Part shown: positions 51,479-64,000 of the stretch, piece after piece | How the letters are laid out: each line of letters starts with the position of its first letter | Position numbering within the stretch: the first letter of the stretch is position 1 | Origin: Octopus vulgaris | Taxonomy: Eukaryota | Reading direction: 5' to 3' | NCBI GenBank assembly: GCA_951406725.2 | Contig: OX597815.1 | Span: 119,908,001 to 119,972,000, forward strand | DNA: 64,000 bases | Program-made: the position numbers and the translations under genes | Notes under the pieces: model-generated | Databases searched by the model: none | What the model was told of the DNA's origin: nothing | What the model saw: the letters and a program-made list of their open reading frames with translations, nothing else

Positions 51479-54145
51479 TATATATATATGACAATGTTAT
51501 TAAATAGCAATTGTATACATAATTATCTCTGTGTAATACTATTTGTTATCAGTTGTCATTTTCATTGTCCCCTTCTCCCTCCTCCTCTTCTTCATTACTA
51601 ACTATCTTTAAATTGTAACATGAAATTCCAGCTATATTGTGTGACATTACTGTATACTTTAACAAAGCTACTTTAAATCCCAGTATACATTCTCTGTGTC
51701 CCTCCATCTCATTCTAACTATCTACACACACACACACACATGCGTGTATATATTAGGCAATGAGCACAAAGAAAAAAAACATGGGCAATACAGGAGGGAC
51801 AAGTTTTTATAAACGTTGTATTAGTGTAACTCTTAAAAAGAATACAAGTGCCTTGATGTCTTGGATGTTAATCTTTCATCAGAAAAAGTAATGAGGAAAA
51901 TATATAGGCACAGAAGTGGCTGTGTGGTAAGTAGCTTGCTTACCAACCACATGGTTCAGGGTTCAGTCCCACTGTATGGCACCTTGGGCAAATGTCTTCT
52001 ACTATAGCCTTGTGCTGACTAAAGCCTTGTGAGTGGATTTGGTAGATAGAAACTGAAATAAGCCTGTCGTATATATGTATGTGTGTGTCTATGTTTGTGT
52101 GTCTGAGTTTGTCCCCCCAACATCACTTGACAACCGATGCTGGTGTGTTTACGTCCTGGTAACATGGCGGTTCGGCAAAAGACACTAATAGAATAAGTAC
52201 TAGGCTTACAAAGAATAATTCCTGGGGTTGATTTGCTCAACTAAAGGTGGTGCTCCAGCATGGCCGCATCAAATGAGTGAAACAAGTAAAAGAATAATAA
52301 GAAAGTGTGGTTGAAAAAAGGTGGAGGATAAGGGCCAGGTGGAAATGCAGTTCTAAGGAAGTGAAAGGAAGGAGGTGTGGTGTGTGTATGCATAGAAGGG
52401 TATCCATGTATAGAGTTGGGGATAGGGAGTGGAATGGTGGTATTTTGAAGTGTGTGGAACAGTGTGAGTATGGGAGTGGAGTAGCATGGGATAGTAGGGA
52501 TGTAGGAGGGTAGTGTGTAAGTGTAATTGTATTGTGAGAAGAAGATATAGAGAGAGAGAGGATGTGGTAGGTTTGATGATGAAGTGAAAGGAAAAATAAG
52601 AGGAATGCCATGTTACAGAAAAAAAACTGATGAAAAAGCTATATAAATAATAAAAAACAGTTCAAAAATATAAAAAATAGTAGTGATAGTACAGTTGCAT
52701 GATGTCTGTCTGTCTATCTGTCTATCTATTTGTCTCTTTCTCTCTCTTTCTACTCACACACACACACATATATTGTCATCATGATCATCAACTTTTTACA
52801 TTAATTTTCTTTCATGTGTGCATGGGCTGGCTAGATCTTATCTGCTACAATATCTCACCCGTTGTTGCAGTTATCTTAACTTTGAAGGTTCAACCTCTTG
52901 AGCTCAACCTTCAATGCTTCTTCCCATATCTTCCTTGGTTTTTCTCTTCTGCAGGTTCCTTCCAGTGAAATTGCTTGACACTCCTTTAGTCAACTGTCAT
53001 CATCCATATGCATCACTTGTTCATACCAGCACAGCGTTTTATCTCATACACAATACTTAATTCCTTTTTATTCAGTTTTCCTCTCAGATCACTTCTGCTT
53101 TGTCATTTATGCACACCTTCATTGCACATCCAGCAGTACATGTTCACCTCATTTCTCTCTATCAAGCCTTAACCTCTATCATTCAGGCTAAATATTAATA
53201 AAGTCCTACGCATGTAATAGAGTTAGGTGAAAAATAACTTTCATTAATTGAGATTACCTTTACAATTGTTGGTCAGTCTCTCTCATACCTTTTTCTTTTA
53301 GTTTTCTCTCAGACTTAGGACTCTGACCATGCTGGGGCATTGCCTTGAAGGTTTTAACTAAACAAATCGACCTCTCTCTAATATTTTAAAGTTAGGTATG
53401 TAATCTAGTACATCCTCTGAGTTACAGGGACATAAATGGACATAAACAAACCATTACCAATTGTCAAGAGGTGGGATAGGACAAACACAAAGACACCCAT
53501 GTACACACAGACACACAGACACACACACATACACACACCACAGTGGAAATACTGTTGTGTATATTGGATTTTTAGATGGTCATTTAATTACTGTGTAAAC
53601 TGATAGCTAGTTCTTCAGCTGGAGCTTACTGTGAGTTCTACTTAATTTTCCAAGTTCAGCTTTCAACTTTATTTAAATGCACACATATATGACAGGCTTC
53701 TACACAGATTCCATCTACTAAATCTACTCCTTAAGCATTGGTTGGTCTAAGGCTATTGTAGAAAACACTTACCTAATGTGCTTCTCAGTGGGACTGAACC
53801 TGGAACTAAGAGGCTGCAAAGCAAGCTTCTTAACCATACAGCCATGTCTGCTCTTACATGTGTCTTCACCATACAGAATACTCCCAAGATATTTCTTTCC
53901 TTTAGCCCTTTACATGGCACTGCTTTCCTGCTGTTTCTAGATATTGTTTTATTCTTTTCCTTGTTTCAGTCATTTGACTGTGGCCATGCTGGAGCACCCT
54001 CTTTAGTCGAGTAAATCAACCCCAAGACTTATTCTTTGCAAGCCTAGTACTTATTCTATCAGTCTCTTTTGCCAAACTGTTAATTTACATGGATGTAAAC
54101 ACACCTACCTCAGTTGTCAAGTGATGGTGGCAGGGACAAACACAG

Positions 54146-54179
<34 letters not shown>

Positions 54180-54181
<2 letters not shown>

Positions 54182-54221
54182 CTGTCTGACAAACGGGAAC
54201 GTGAAACTCTGAGTAACAGTT
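54180..54221 (+). ncRNA. Minimal type I hammerhead ribozyme with G8A change
   Basis: AACTGT-CTGACAA-ACG(GGAA)CGT-GAA-ACTC(T)GAGT-A-ACAGTT; all three stems pair perfectly. Confidence 0.75.
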
Positions 54222-54317
54222 TTTGTGATATTTATGTTGTTTTTTAATAAAGCATATTACTCTACCTCTGGTATTCAAGTACTATTTTTCCCACCTCTTG
54301 TATTTTTGTGCTTACTC

Positions 54318-54358
<41 letters not shown>

Positions 54359-54624
54359 GGTACACTCACGGAGTGGTTGGCGTTAGGAAGGGCATCCGGC
54401 CGTAGAAACACTCCCAGATTTGACTGAGCCTGATGAAGCCTTCTGGCTTCACAGACCCCAGTAGAACCGTCCAACCCATGCTAGCATGGAAAGCGGACAC
54501 TAAACGATGATGATGATGATGATGATAAAACTTACTTGGAAAAGGATGCCTGGTGTTCAATCATATACTAATATAAATAATATATATGCATATATACATA
54601 TGTATATGTACATACTTAAATGTA

Positions 54625-55435
54625 TACGCATAAGCATATGCATATGTGAGCAGAGGATGTCACAAAACATAAGCAACAAAAAATACGAAGTACGAGAACA
54701 TGGAATAAGGGCTTTTTTTGCAAGCAACAAAAGAATCAAATGGAAAACAAGACAACCTCCTCTTCTTCTACTATTCTATCCTTTTGCTCTTTCCCTTTCT
54801 CTCTACCTTTCTCCTGTTCTTTTGCCTCCTCTTCTCCCACTCTTCTATCCTTCTATTCTTTCATTTTCTCTCTTCCTTTCTTTTGCCTCCTCTTCTCCCT
54901 CTCTCTCTTTTTTCTCTCTTATCCTGTCCCCAAATCTTTTCCTCTCCCCTTCACAGTTCTCTGTCTGTCACTCTCTTCCTCACTCTTCCTCCTTTGCTCA
55001 CGTGGCCCCCATGTGACCATCAGCTATTCTCTTAACTTGTGCTTTTTTCCTTCTTCCTGTTTCAGCTGGACAGGGAAGGCATATTGTTTCTTTGCGTTCA
55101 CCACCACAACCTCGTTCAGGCTTAGCAGCCCTTCCTGTTTGTTTTCACTGTCCTGTTTTTTGTCACCAAACTTGACCCTCCGCAAGATCACAAATTTTAT
55201 TTAATTTGCTTTGCAGGAGCAATTGTTTTATCAAAGGTGTATCTTATCGTGAGTTGCTCGAAATATGGATTAGAAAACAGCCAACAACTGATGAAGGGTT
55301 GTTCCTTGTGTTGCTTGTCTTGTTTTCCATTTGTTTCTTTCGTTGCTTGCAAAAAAAGCCCTTATTCCATGTTCTCGTACTTCGTATTTTTTGTTGTTTA
55401 TCTTTTGAGACATCCTGTGCCCACATATGCATATA
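54625..55435. mobile_element. Element with ~130-bp terminal inverted repeats
   Basis: CAACAAAAAATACGAAGTACGAGAACATGGAATAAGGGCTTTTTTTGCAAGCAAC (~54674-54728) is the reverse complement of ~55342-55396. Confidence 0.8.
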
Positions 55436-55481
55436 TATATATGTATACATGTAAGTATGTTCATATACGTATGTATATATG

Positions 55482-55567
<86 letters not shown>

Positions 55568-56074
55568 GACAGGCTTCTTTCAGTTTCCATCTACCAAATC
55601 CACTCACAAAGCTTAGGTCGGCCCAAAGCTATAGCAGAGGACATTTGTCCAAGGTGCCACACAGAGGGACTGAGCTCAGAACCATGTGGTTGGTAAGCAA
55701 GCTACCTACCACACAGCCACTCCTACCTGGTTGTCTCTAAGTAGTAAATATAGATTGTTGAAGAGAGTTGATAAGATCAAAACGTCTGTTGCTTTGCTTT
55801 CTTCAGTTGCCTTTAAAGACAAGGCTTACTCATGGCTGCATTGTTTTAATTTTCTAGAAATTTGGCAGAGTACATGCTATTTGGATTATCTCCCTTGCTT
55901 GTTGATTTTAAGATGTTAAACAACCATGCAGGAGTTTTTGCCGTGTAGGTGCAAAGATTATTTTAATTAAGCAAAGCTTATTTTTAACTCACTATATTAC
56001 ATATGCAAAACTGTAATACATTTGAATATATTATGTGTGTGTGTGTGTGTGTGTGTTTGCACTTTTATATATGG

Positions 56075-56125
<51 letters not shown>

Positions 56126-56162
56126 TATGTACATATACATACACATACAATTACAAATACAA

Positions 56163-56195
<33 letters not shown>

Positions 56196-57977
56196 GCAGA
56201 TACACACACATGTGTGTGTGTGTACCTATGTGTTTATGCATATGAATATATACATTTATGTAATATATATATACATGTGCAGTTATATAGAAATATATGT
56301 GTGTGAGTGTATATACACTCAGACACACATATAGCTTAAGTAGTAATATAATACACTTAGTATGCCAAACAAAAAACACAAACTAAAAATAAAAACAAAA
56401 TCTTCTTTGATATAACAAAACTTGAGCAATTCTTAAAGCAAGTAAAAATTAAGAATTAAAAAAATAAATAAGAGAAACAATAGAAACAAAAAGGAGAATA
56501 GGAATCTAAGTTCTAGAAGGAATCAAAAGCCAAAATTTAAAGAAAAAAAAAAGTATCATTCATTCTCATTAATATAACTAGAAATATCTTTGGTAGAATA
56601 AATACTGTGGTTATTCATACAGCAAATGTTTAGTTTCTGACTAGTCTGCCTATGCAGCCTACATGTACGCATCATTGCGATAGGTACGCCCACACGTGAG
56701 TCAGCTCATGAACTCGGTGAGTCTAATAAGAATACAACCATGCAGTGATAGCAGAAATCAATAATTTTACTGTCGATGACTGCCATGTTGGCAATACCTG
56801 GACTTTGATGAATCTCTTGACATTATATACATTCTCATCCATGTGTTTTACTCTCAAATTCTTCCTTGCATTCCAGCTCTATGCTATAATTCCATTTTTT
56901 TTTTACATATTCTTCTTGTTCTTTCTCTTCTTTTTCTTTTTCTTCTTCTCTTTTCTTCTCTGTATTTACTTATCAATAGATCAATACAATTCATTGATCT
57001 GTTGATAAATGTATTAAAAATCAATATTTCATATCCACCATTGAATCAAGGAAATAAAATTTTAATTCTTGGTTTACAGTTTCTTTTACTCTGTTATTTC
57101 TTTCAGATTTCACAATAAACAGATAATGTGAGATAAAGTAGATATTTATAACATTAAATCATGTAGATTCATACCGTTTCTGTGTAATGCAATTTAAAGT
57201 AGATTGCATGTAATGTTATGTTGCCACTGTGCAACATCTGTGCAGCTTCCATGAGATTTCAAGCAACATCCATGTAGTGTCATATAGTTGCCATTTAATG
57301 TAGATAAAACAGTTTCAATGTCATGTCATGTAGCTTCCATTTGAAGACATGTAGTTTCCATGTCGTGTCTGGCATTCTATGTTGTATATATACCATTCAA
57401 TGTTTTATACCCTCTGTTAATAACAAGGTACTGTCATGTTATTTCCTGCAACTTCTATGTATCATGTGAGTTTCAAAGAAATACATATAAATAAATTTTG
57501 CTTCTTTCATGTAGCTTTTTTTATAATTTAGGAAAATTAATAAATTTTATGATTTGAATGAATTTTATTGTGAAGTTCAGACATGTATTGTATATGTGTT
57601 CCAGAAGTTTGTTTCACAACCACATGGTTTAAGATCAGTTCCAATGGGTGGCAATTTAAGTGTCTTCTACTATAGCTCCATGCCAACCAAAGTCTTGTGA
57701 AGGAATTGGGTTGATGGAAACTGGAGCCAATTGTTAGCAGAATTCATAATATTTCTGATGAGTTGGGAATAAAAATTGCTTTAAATTAGTTTTATTTTGT
57801 TATATAGATTTAATAATGTTTATTCCTTATGAAACAGCTGTTGAAAGTAATTATAAACAATGAATTATCTGTGAAATTCATGCTCCCTGCATTTCTTATA
57901 TATGTATGTGTGTGTGTATACATATATTTCATGCTATGCAATCTTCAACTGAAGTCAAATATCAGAATCTCCCGACT

Positions 57978-58990
57978 TCTATGCTGGCATGGGTTGGACA
58001 GTTTGACTGAGGTCTGGAAAGCTAGTGGCTGCACCAGGCTCCAATCTGATCTGGCAAAGTTTCTACAGTTAGATACCCTTCCTAACACCAACCACTTCAT
58101 GAAGGCCAGTCAGGCAGTTCTGGCATTGACTATGCTTGAATGGTGCTTTTTACATGCTACTGGCATAGGAACCAGTCAGGGGCACTGGCAACGACCATGC
58201 TCGAATGGTGCTTTTTGCGTGCCACCAGCACGGGACTAGTCAGGTAGCACTGGTATTGACCACACTCGAATGGTGCTTTTTACATGCCACCAGCACAGGT
58301 GCCAGTCAGGTGGTACTATCATCAGCCGCAACACTGACTTCACTTGACTCAACAGGTCTTCGCAAGTGCAATTTATTGCCCAATGATTGAAGGGTACTCT
58401 TAGATGGGCTGATTATGCCGCATTGGCATAGGTCACAGTTATAGTCTCACTTGGCTTGCTGGGTCTTCTCAAGCACAGCATATCTCCAAATGTCTGTCAT
58501 TTGTCATCGCCTCCGTGAGGCCCAACTTTCAAAGGTCGTGCTTCACCACCTCATCCCAGGCCTTCCTGGGTCTACCTCTTCCGCGAGTTCCCTCTACTGA
58601 TAGGGTGTGACACTTTTTTCACATAGCTGTCCTCATCCATATGCAACACATAATGATATCAGCACAGTTGTCTCTCTTGCACACCACATCTGATGCTTCT
58701 TATGTCCAACTTTTCTCTCAGGGCACTTACAGTCTGTCATGCATGCACACTGGCATTACACATCCGGTGGAACATACTAGCTTCATTTCTTGCAAGCTTA
58801 CGCATGTCCTCAGTAGTCACGGCCTATGTTTCACTGCCATGTAGCATGGCTGTTTGCACACATGCATCATACAGTCTACCTTTTACTCTGAGCGAGAAGC
58901 CCTTTGTCACCAGCAGAGGTAGGTGCTCTCTGAACTTTGCCCAGGCTATTCTTATTCTAGCAGCTACACTCTCAGAGCATCCACCCCCGC
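57978..58990 (-). mobile_element. RTE LINE 3' end (ORF2 C-terminus plus UTR)
   Basis: SGGGCSESVAARIRIAWAKFREHLPLLVTKGFSLRVKGRLYDACVQTAMLHGSET; UTR repeat units. Confidence 0.85.
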
Positions 58991-61543
58991 TGTACATACA
59001 TACATGCATGCACACACACACACATATATGTATGTAATGTCTTCATGCTTGTCCTACTCCACTTGTCACCCAGTTTCAGCTTGTTTTTGTCCTCATAACT
59101 TAGTTGTTTGGAAAAAGACACTGATAAAGTAAATATCAGGTTTAAGAAGAATAAGCACTGCAGTTGATTTGTTCGACAAAATCTTTCAAGGTGATGCCCT
59201 AGTTTGGACATAATCCAATGATTGAGACAAGTAAAAGAATAAAAGAATACATGAAAACCACTTCCCTGTAGTTTACATATGAGTAGACTAGCTGACCACA
59301 TGCCATCAATAATAACAGCTAATTGTAGTATTTTATATATAAATAAGGTACAAAATAAGGTACATAATAATTATATATATACAAACATTCATATACTTCC
59401 CTTGTACACACAGACACATACACACATATACTCACGCAGAGTTGAAAAGCTGATTTTTTTTCACTCCTTCCTTCCTTATTCATCTATCACCCTTTTCTTT
59501 CTCTCATTGCCATTACTTTCTTTCACTCTCTCTGTCAGGGCTATTACTCTCACTACTTCTTCACTGAATTACTATTTTCTCACCTCCTCCACGTTTGGCA
59601 TGATTCTGGACAAATATATATATATATATTTATATATATAGACATATACACAAGTATATAAAAACACTATGTGCTCATTACTATATTACAAGATGCTGTC
59701 TCATTTTTACAGCTGTGCAGCCCTTGCTGAGGTAGTGTATTGGTAGAATCATTAGAGCTTTCGATAGACTACCGCATGATGTTTGATACCTCTGTTGGTA
59801 TTGAAAGGGTTAAATATGCTAGGAAAATGCATTTGATGTTTTCAACAGTTCAACATTTCAAAAATAAACCAATTGATATCAATTAGGTAGAAATAGTCCT
59901 CTAAGGTCCACTAGGAAAAAGGTTTGTCTTACAACTCCCATAAATAATACTGTTGTTATTATGTCATCATCATCATCATCATCATCATCATTTTGATGTC
60001 CACTTTTCTATGATTGTATGGGTCAGATTTTCTATGGCTGGATGCCTTTCCTGTTGCCAAACCTCACCTATTTCCAAGCAAGGTAATATTTTCCTTCTAG
60101 CTTGACCTGTCTTTTCATGGAAGAGTGGAAACAAACAACTTCTCTTGTATGGCAATGATGCTGATATACAACTATTATGTCGTTTGGACAAAGGTACACA
60201 CAAACACAAACAGACACACATACAAACACACACAGAAACACACACACTCATATGATGAGCTTCTTTCACTTTCTGTCCACCAAATCCTCTCACAATGTTT
60301 TGGTCAGCCCAATGCTATAGTAGAAGACACTTGGCCAAGTGCTATGCAGTGAGACTGAACCCAAGACCACATGGTTGGGAAGCAAACTTCTTAACTACAC
60401 ATCCATGCCTGCACCTTATATAATATCTGTATATTATTTGAAAGACTAATTTCATAGCAATAAAAACAAAAGCTATGAACTAAAATCTGAAGTCTGCCGT
60501 GTCCATGAAGAATCTCTAGTTTTGTTTTTAGTTCTTTAGATAAGCTGAGACAAATGTAAATATTCTTGGGTCAGGAATTCTGTTTCTTCCAAGAGTAGGA
60601 GATGTTTTGGCATGGCTGTTTTGACGTTACTTATTTGACATTGCTGATTCAACATCGACTTATTTGATATCAGATGTGTCAATGTTTCTCTTGTTCTCCT
60701 CTTCACACCATCTTTCCTCTCTTTCTCTGTGTTTATGTGTGTAAGCTTATTTCTTTTTATGTGTTTGTGGAGAGACAAGGGGTTTCAAGTCAATAGTGTT
60801 CAATTAAATTGTAGTCTCTCTCTCTTTCATTATTCTTAACTGTATGTAATTATTTCTACACAAGCATACACTTGTGTGTGTGTGTGTGTTTATTCTTTTA
60901 TTCTTTTACTGGTTTTAGTCATTTGACTGTGGCCATGCTGGAGCACTGCCTTAAAGAGTTTTTTAGTCAATGAGATCAACCCCCAAGACTTCTTCTTTGT
61001 AAACCTAGTACTTATTCTATCAGTCTGTTTTGCTGAACCACTAAGTTATGAGGATGTAAATACACCAGCATCAGTTGTCAAGCAATGCTGGGGTGATAAA
61101 ACACAAAGTGATGGTGGGGGGAACAAACACAGACACAAGAAGACACACATAAGTATATACATAAATATATATACATACATATATATGTATACACACACAC
61201 ACACATATGCGACAGGATTCTTTCAGTTTCCATCCACCAAATTCACTCGCAAGGTTTTGGTTGGCCTGAGGCTATAGTAGAAAAGACTTACTCAAGATGC
61301 TACACAGAGGGACTGAACCCAGAACCATGTGGTTGGGAAGCAAGCTTCTTACCACACATGATGATGAGGATGATGATGATGGCACTTGTTTGAGTATGTT
61401 TGTTTTCATCTTTAAACATACAGTCACCAAAAACAGGCTGAACATCCATTTAGCAGTGCCAGGCAGCTGCACCCAACTGTCTCATTTTGGTCTCCCAAGC
61501 GTCAACCAATTTGCTATGCTTTGAGCAGAATCCTGAGTTTGTA

Positions 61544-61961
61544 AGGCGGCGAACTGGCAGAAACGTTAGCACACCTAGCAAAATGCTTAGCGGTATTTCA
61601 TTTGCCGCTACGTTCTGAGTTCAAATTCTGCTGAGGTCAACTTTGCCTTTCATTCTTTTGGAGTCAATTAAATCTGTACCAGTTACACACTGGGGTCGAT
61701 ATAATCGACTTAATCCATTTGTCTGTCCTTGTTTGTCCTCTCTGTGTTTCACCCCTTGTGGGTAGTAAAGAAATAGGTATTTCGTCTGCCACTACTTTCT
61801 GAGTTCAAATTCTGCCGAGGTCGACTTTGCCTTTCATTCTTTTGCGGTCGATTAAATCTGTACCAGTTACACACTGGGGTCGATATAATCGACTTAATCC
61901 ATTTGTCTGTCCTTGTTTGTCCCCTCTGTTTGTAGCCCCTTGTGGGCAGTAAGGAAATAAG
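61544..61961 (+). mobile_element. Tandem dimer of SINE family A
   Basis: Two near-identical units ending CCCCTTGTGGG(T/C)AGTAA.GAAATA. Confidence 0.8.
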
Positions 61962-62379
61962 AATCATGAGTTTTTAAATAGACTAACTTAGCTCAGCAAG
62001 TTTCTTTATTCATCCTATGACTACATAAATTCAGTTTGAATTATAGATCTAGAAATCAGAATCTTCAAGCTATCTTCTCTTACATTTGTGTTAGAAACAA
62101 TAAGCAGCTTGATATATTTATTATGGTAACAGAATTTCTTGAAACTGCTTCAGAGAAATACAATCTGTACACACCACGTCTTTCTAATTCTGCTTGCAAA
62201 ATGTAACCAGACATTTCTCACCCAAAGCTGCATCATGCTGGATTTCTTCTGTCATGCTCACTCGTTCTTACAAAACTACCATTAACCTTCAACACTCCAA
62301 ACAAAATATTTATCGCATTAAGATCACATGTCCCTGCAAGGCTTCCATTCTTTTTAAAGATATTACTGCAGTTACTCTC

Positions 62380-62955
62380 GCCATCGTCATCGTCATCATC
62401 ATCGTCATCAACATCATTACCACCACCACCACCACCACCACCACCACCACCACACCACTACCACCTCTCTCACCATCATCATCATCATCATCACCATCAA
62501 AGTCGTCATCATCATCATCATCATCATCATCATCACTACCTCCACCACCACCAGCACCACCAGCACCACCACCATCATCATCATCATCATTGTTGTTGAT
62601 GTTGTCTTTGTCATCATCACCATCAAAGTCATCATCAGCATTATCATCAGTACCACCTCCTCTACTGCCACCACCGTCAGCATCATCATCATCCTCAAAG
62701 TCATCATTATCATCATCATTGTCATTGATATTGTCTTCATCATCATCATCATCATCATCATAAGCGTCATCATAACCAGCAATGCCTCAACTACCACACC
62801 ACAACCACCACTGCCACTGTGATCGCCATCATCATCATCATCATCATCAATCGTCATCTATCATCATCTTCATCATCATGACCAATACCATCTTCCTCCT
62901 TCTCCTTCTCCTCCTCCTCCTCATCATCATCATCAACTACCATCATCATCATCTT
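62380..62955. repeat. Mixed (CAT)/(CAC)/(CCT) trinucleotide field
   Basis: Directly visible; source of the Ser/Thr/Met-rich ORFs. Confidence 0.9.
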
Positions 62956-63285
62956 CCTCATAGCAATGAACAAAAGATTTCTTAAAAGAGCAAAAATCAG
63001 CAAGCCACCACTTAAGAACACCATTTGGTTTATTTTTCACTAGAGAGTAGAAATGATATTTTCAAAGCTTTAATTCCTTTTTTCTATTTTTTTTAAGGAT
63101 TCTTTTTGAATATTGTATTCCTTACAAGTTCCCTGAACATTTTGCTTCATACAGATATGATTACAAGGTTTGAAAAAAAAATTATTGCAAATATACAAAT
63201 ACTTCATCTCAAAAGATATCAATTATAAATATTTAAATTCAGAATAGTTCTTGTTGTGTCTTGGGAGGGTCATTATGCCAATAAT

Positions 63286-63633
63286 AACAAGAGCACTCAG
63301 AGAGTGCAAACCTCCACCAAGGCAACACCAACATCCTCTCAACGATTAGCCAGAGAGGATTTTTAAAATGAGAATATCTGAAATAAAATCGATTGCTCTC
63401 AGAAATGGGAATGCTAAAAATGAACCCGACCACTTTCAAAAATTAAGTAAAAAACCAGGAAAAGTAATCCACAATCTTTGTCCAGTACCAGATCGATCCC
63501 AAAATCTAATTAGTTTGTGCCACTCACAAGGCCAAACATCATTGAAAGTTTCATCCAAATCCTTCCAGCAGTTCTAGAGATATCTTGTCCATGGATAAAC
63601 AAACAAATATGACTGAAAACAATACCTCCACCT
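63286..63633 (-). mobile_element. HINE nested in an older AT-rich repeat
   Basis: Closely matches 46614-46954; host repeat TCTTGGGAGGGTCATTATGCCAAT also at ~28020-28145 and inverted at ~45245-45365. Confidence 0.75.
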
Positions 63634-63849
63634 CCAGTGACACATGCACTGATTCCATATCATTTCTTTATTGTTAGTTAATTAGTTTAATATGTAACCA
63701 ATTAACTAATCAGTTGTTTGTTTAATGTTATGGTTAAACAATTAATTTGTTAGTGAAAGTCCTTTTGTTGCTATTTGCGATGTCTTCAAGGATGTGCCCT
63801 CTCTCATCAAGGTTTGCTCTGAATCTGTTCGAGAATTAATTTTATGCCA

Positions 63850-63850
<1 letters not shown>

Positions 63851-63934
<84 letters not shown>

Positions 63935-63945
63935 TGTGTGTGTGT
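63851..63945. repeat. (TG)n microsatellite
   Basis: Directly visible. Confidence 0.95.
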
Positions 63946-64000
63946 CAGTAGTTGTTATTGCTTTTCAATCTGATTGATATAAGGGAAATAATTTGCTTAT

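Noticed and set aside
55288-55310. CTGATGAAGG in the inverted-repeat element
   Set aside because: No downstream stem II plus GAAA, so not a hammerhead in this copy
62194-62985. Long Ser/Pro/Thr-rich ORFs (also 18878-19544, 44303-44631)
   Set aside because: Trinucleotide repeat fields open in several frames on both strands, with no splice or domain support

Overview
AT-rich, microsatellite-saturated animal nuclear DNA. A mitochondrial 16S fragment and the SINE/RTE repertoire suggest an octopod cephalopod (inference). No host protein-coding gene can be called: nearly all track ORFs are simple-repeat artefacts, and the remaining coding signal comes from decayed transposons. These include RTE LINEs (one 2.1-kb 5'-truncated copy with RT), R4/Dong-like and CRE-like restriction-endonuclease retroelements, a Penelope-like end, CR1, a Chapaev-type transposase, Tc1, mariner, hAT, Helentron-type HINEs, several tRNA-derived SINE families and foldback MITEs. 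The most notable observations are: (1) minimal type I hammerhead ribozymes at 48928-49001 (intact core, next to a Penelope-like C-terminus) and 54180-54221; (2) an R4/Dong-like family that appears to target (CATA)n microsatellites; (3) a mitochondrial 16S rRNA insert with a 9-bp target-site duplication inside a SINE; (4) a decayed RING/zinc-finger relic with RAG1/Chapaev-like spacing. Repeat boundaries were read by eye and are approximate.
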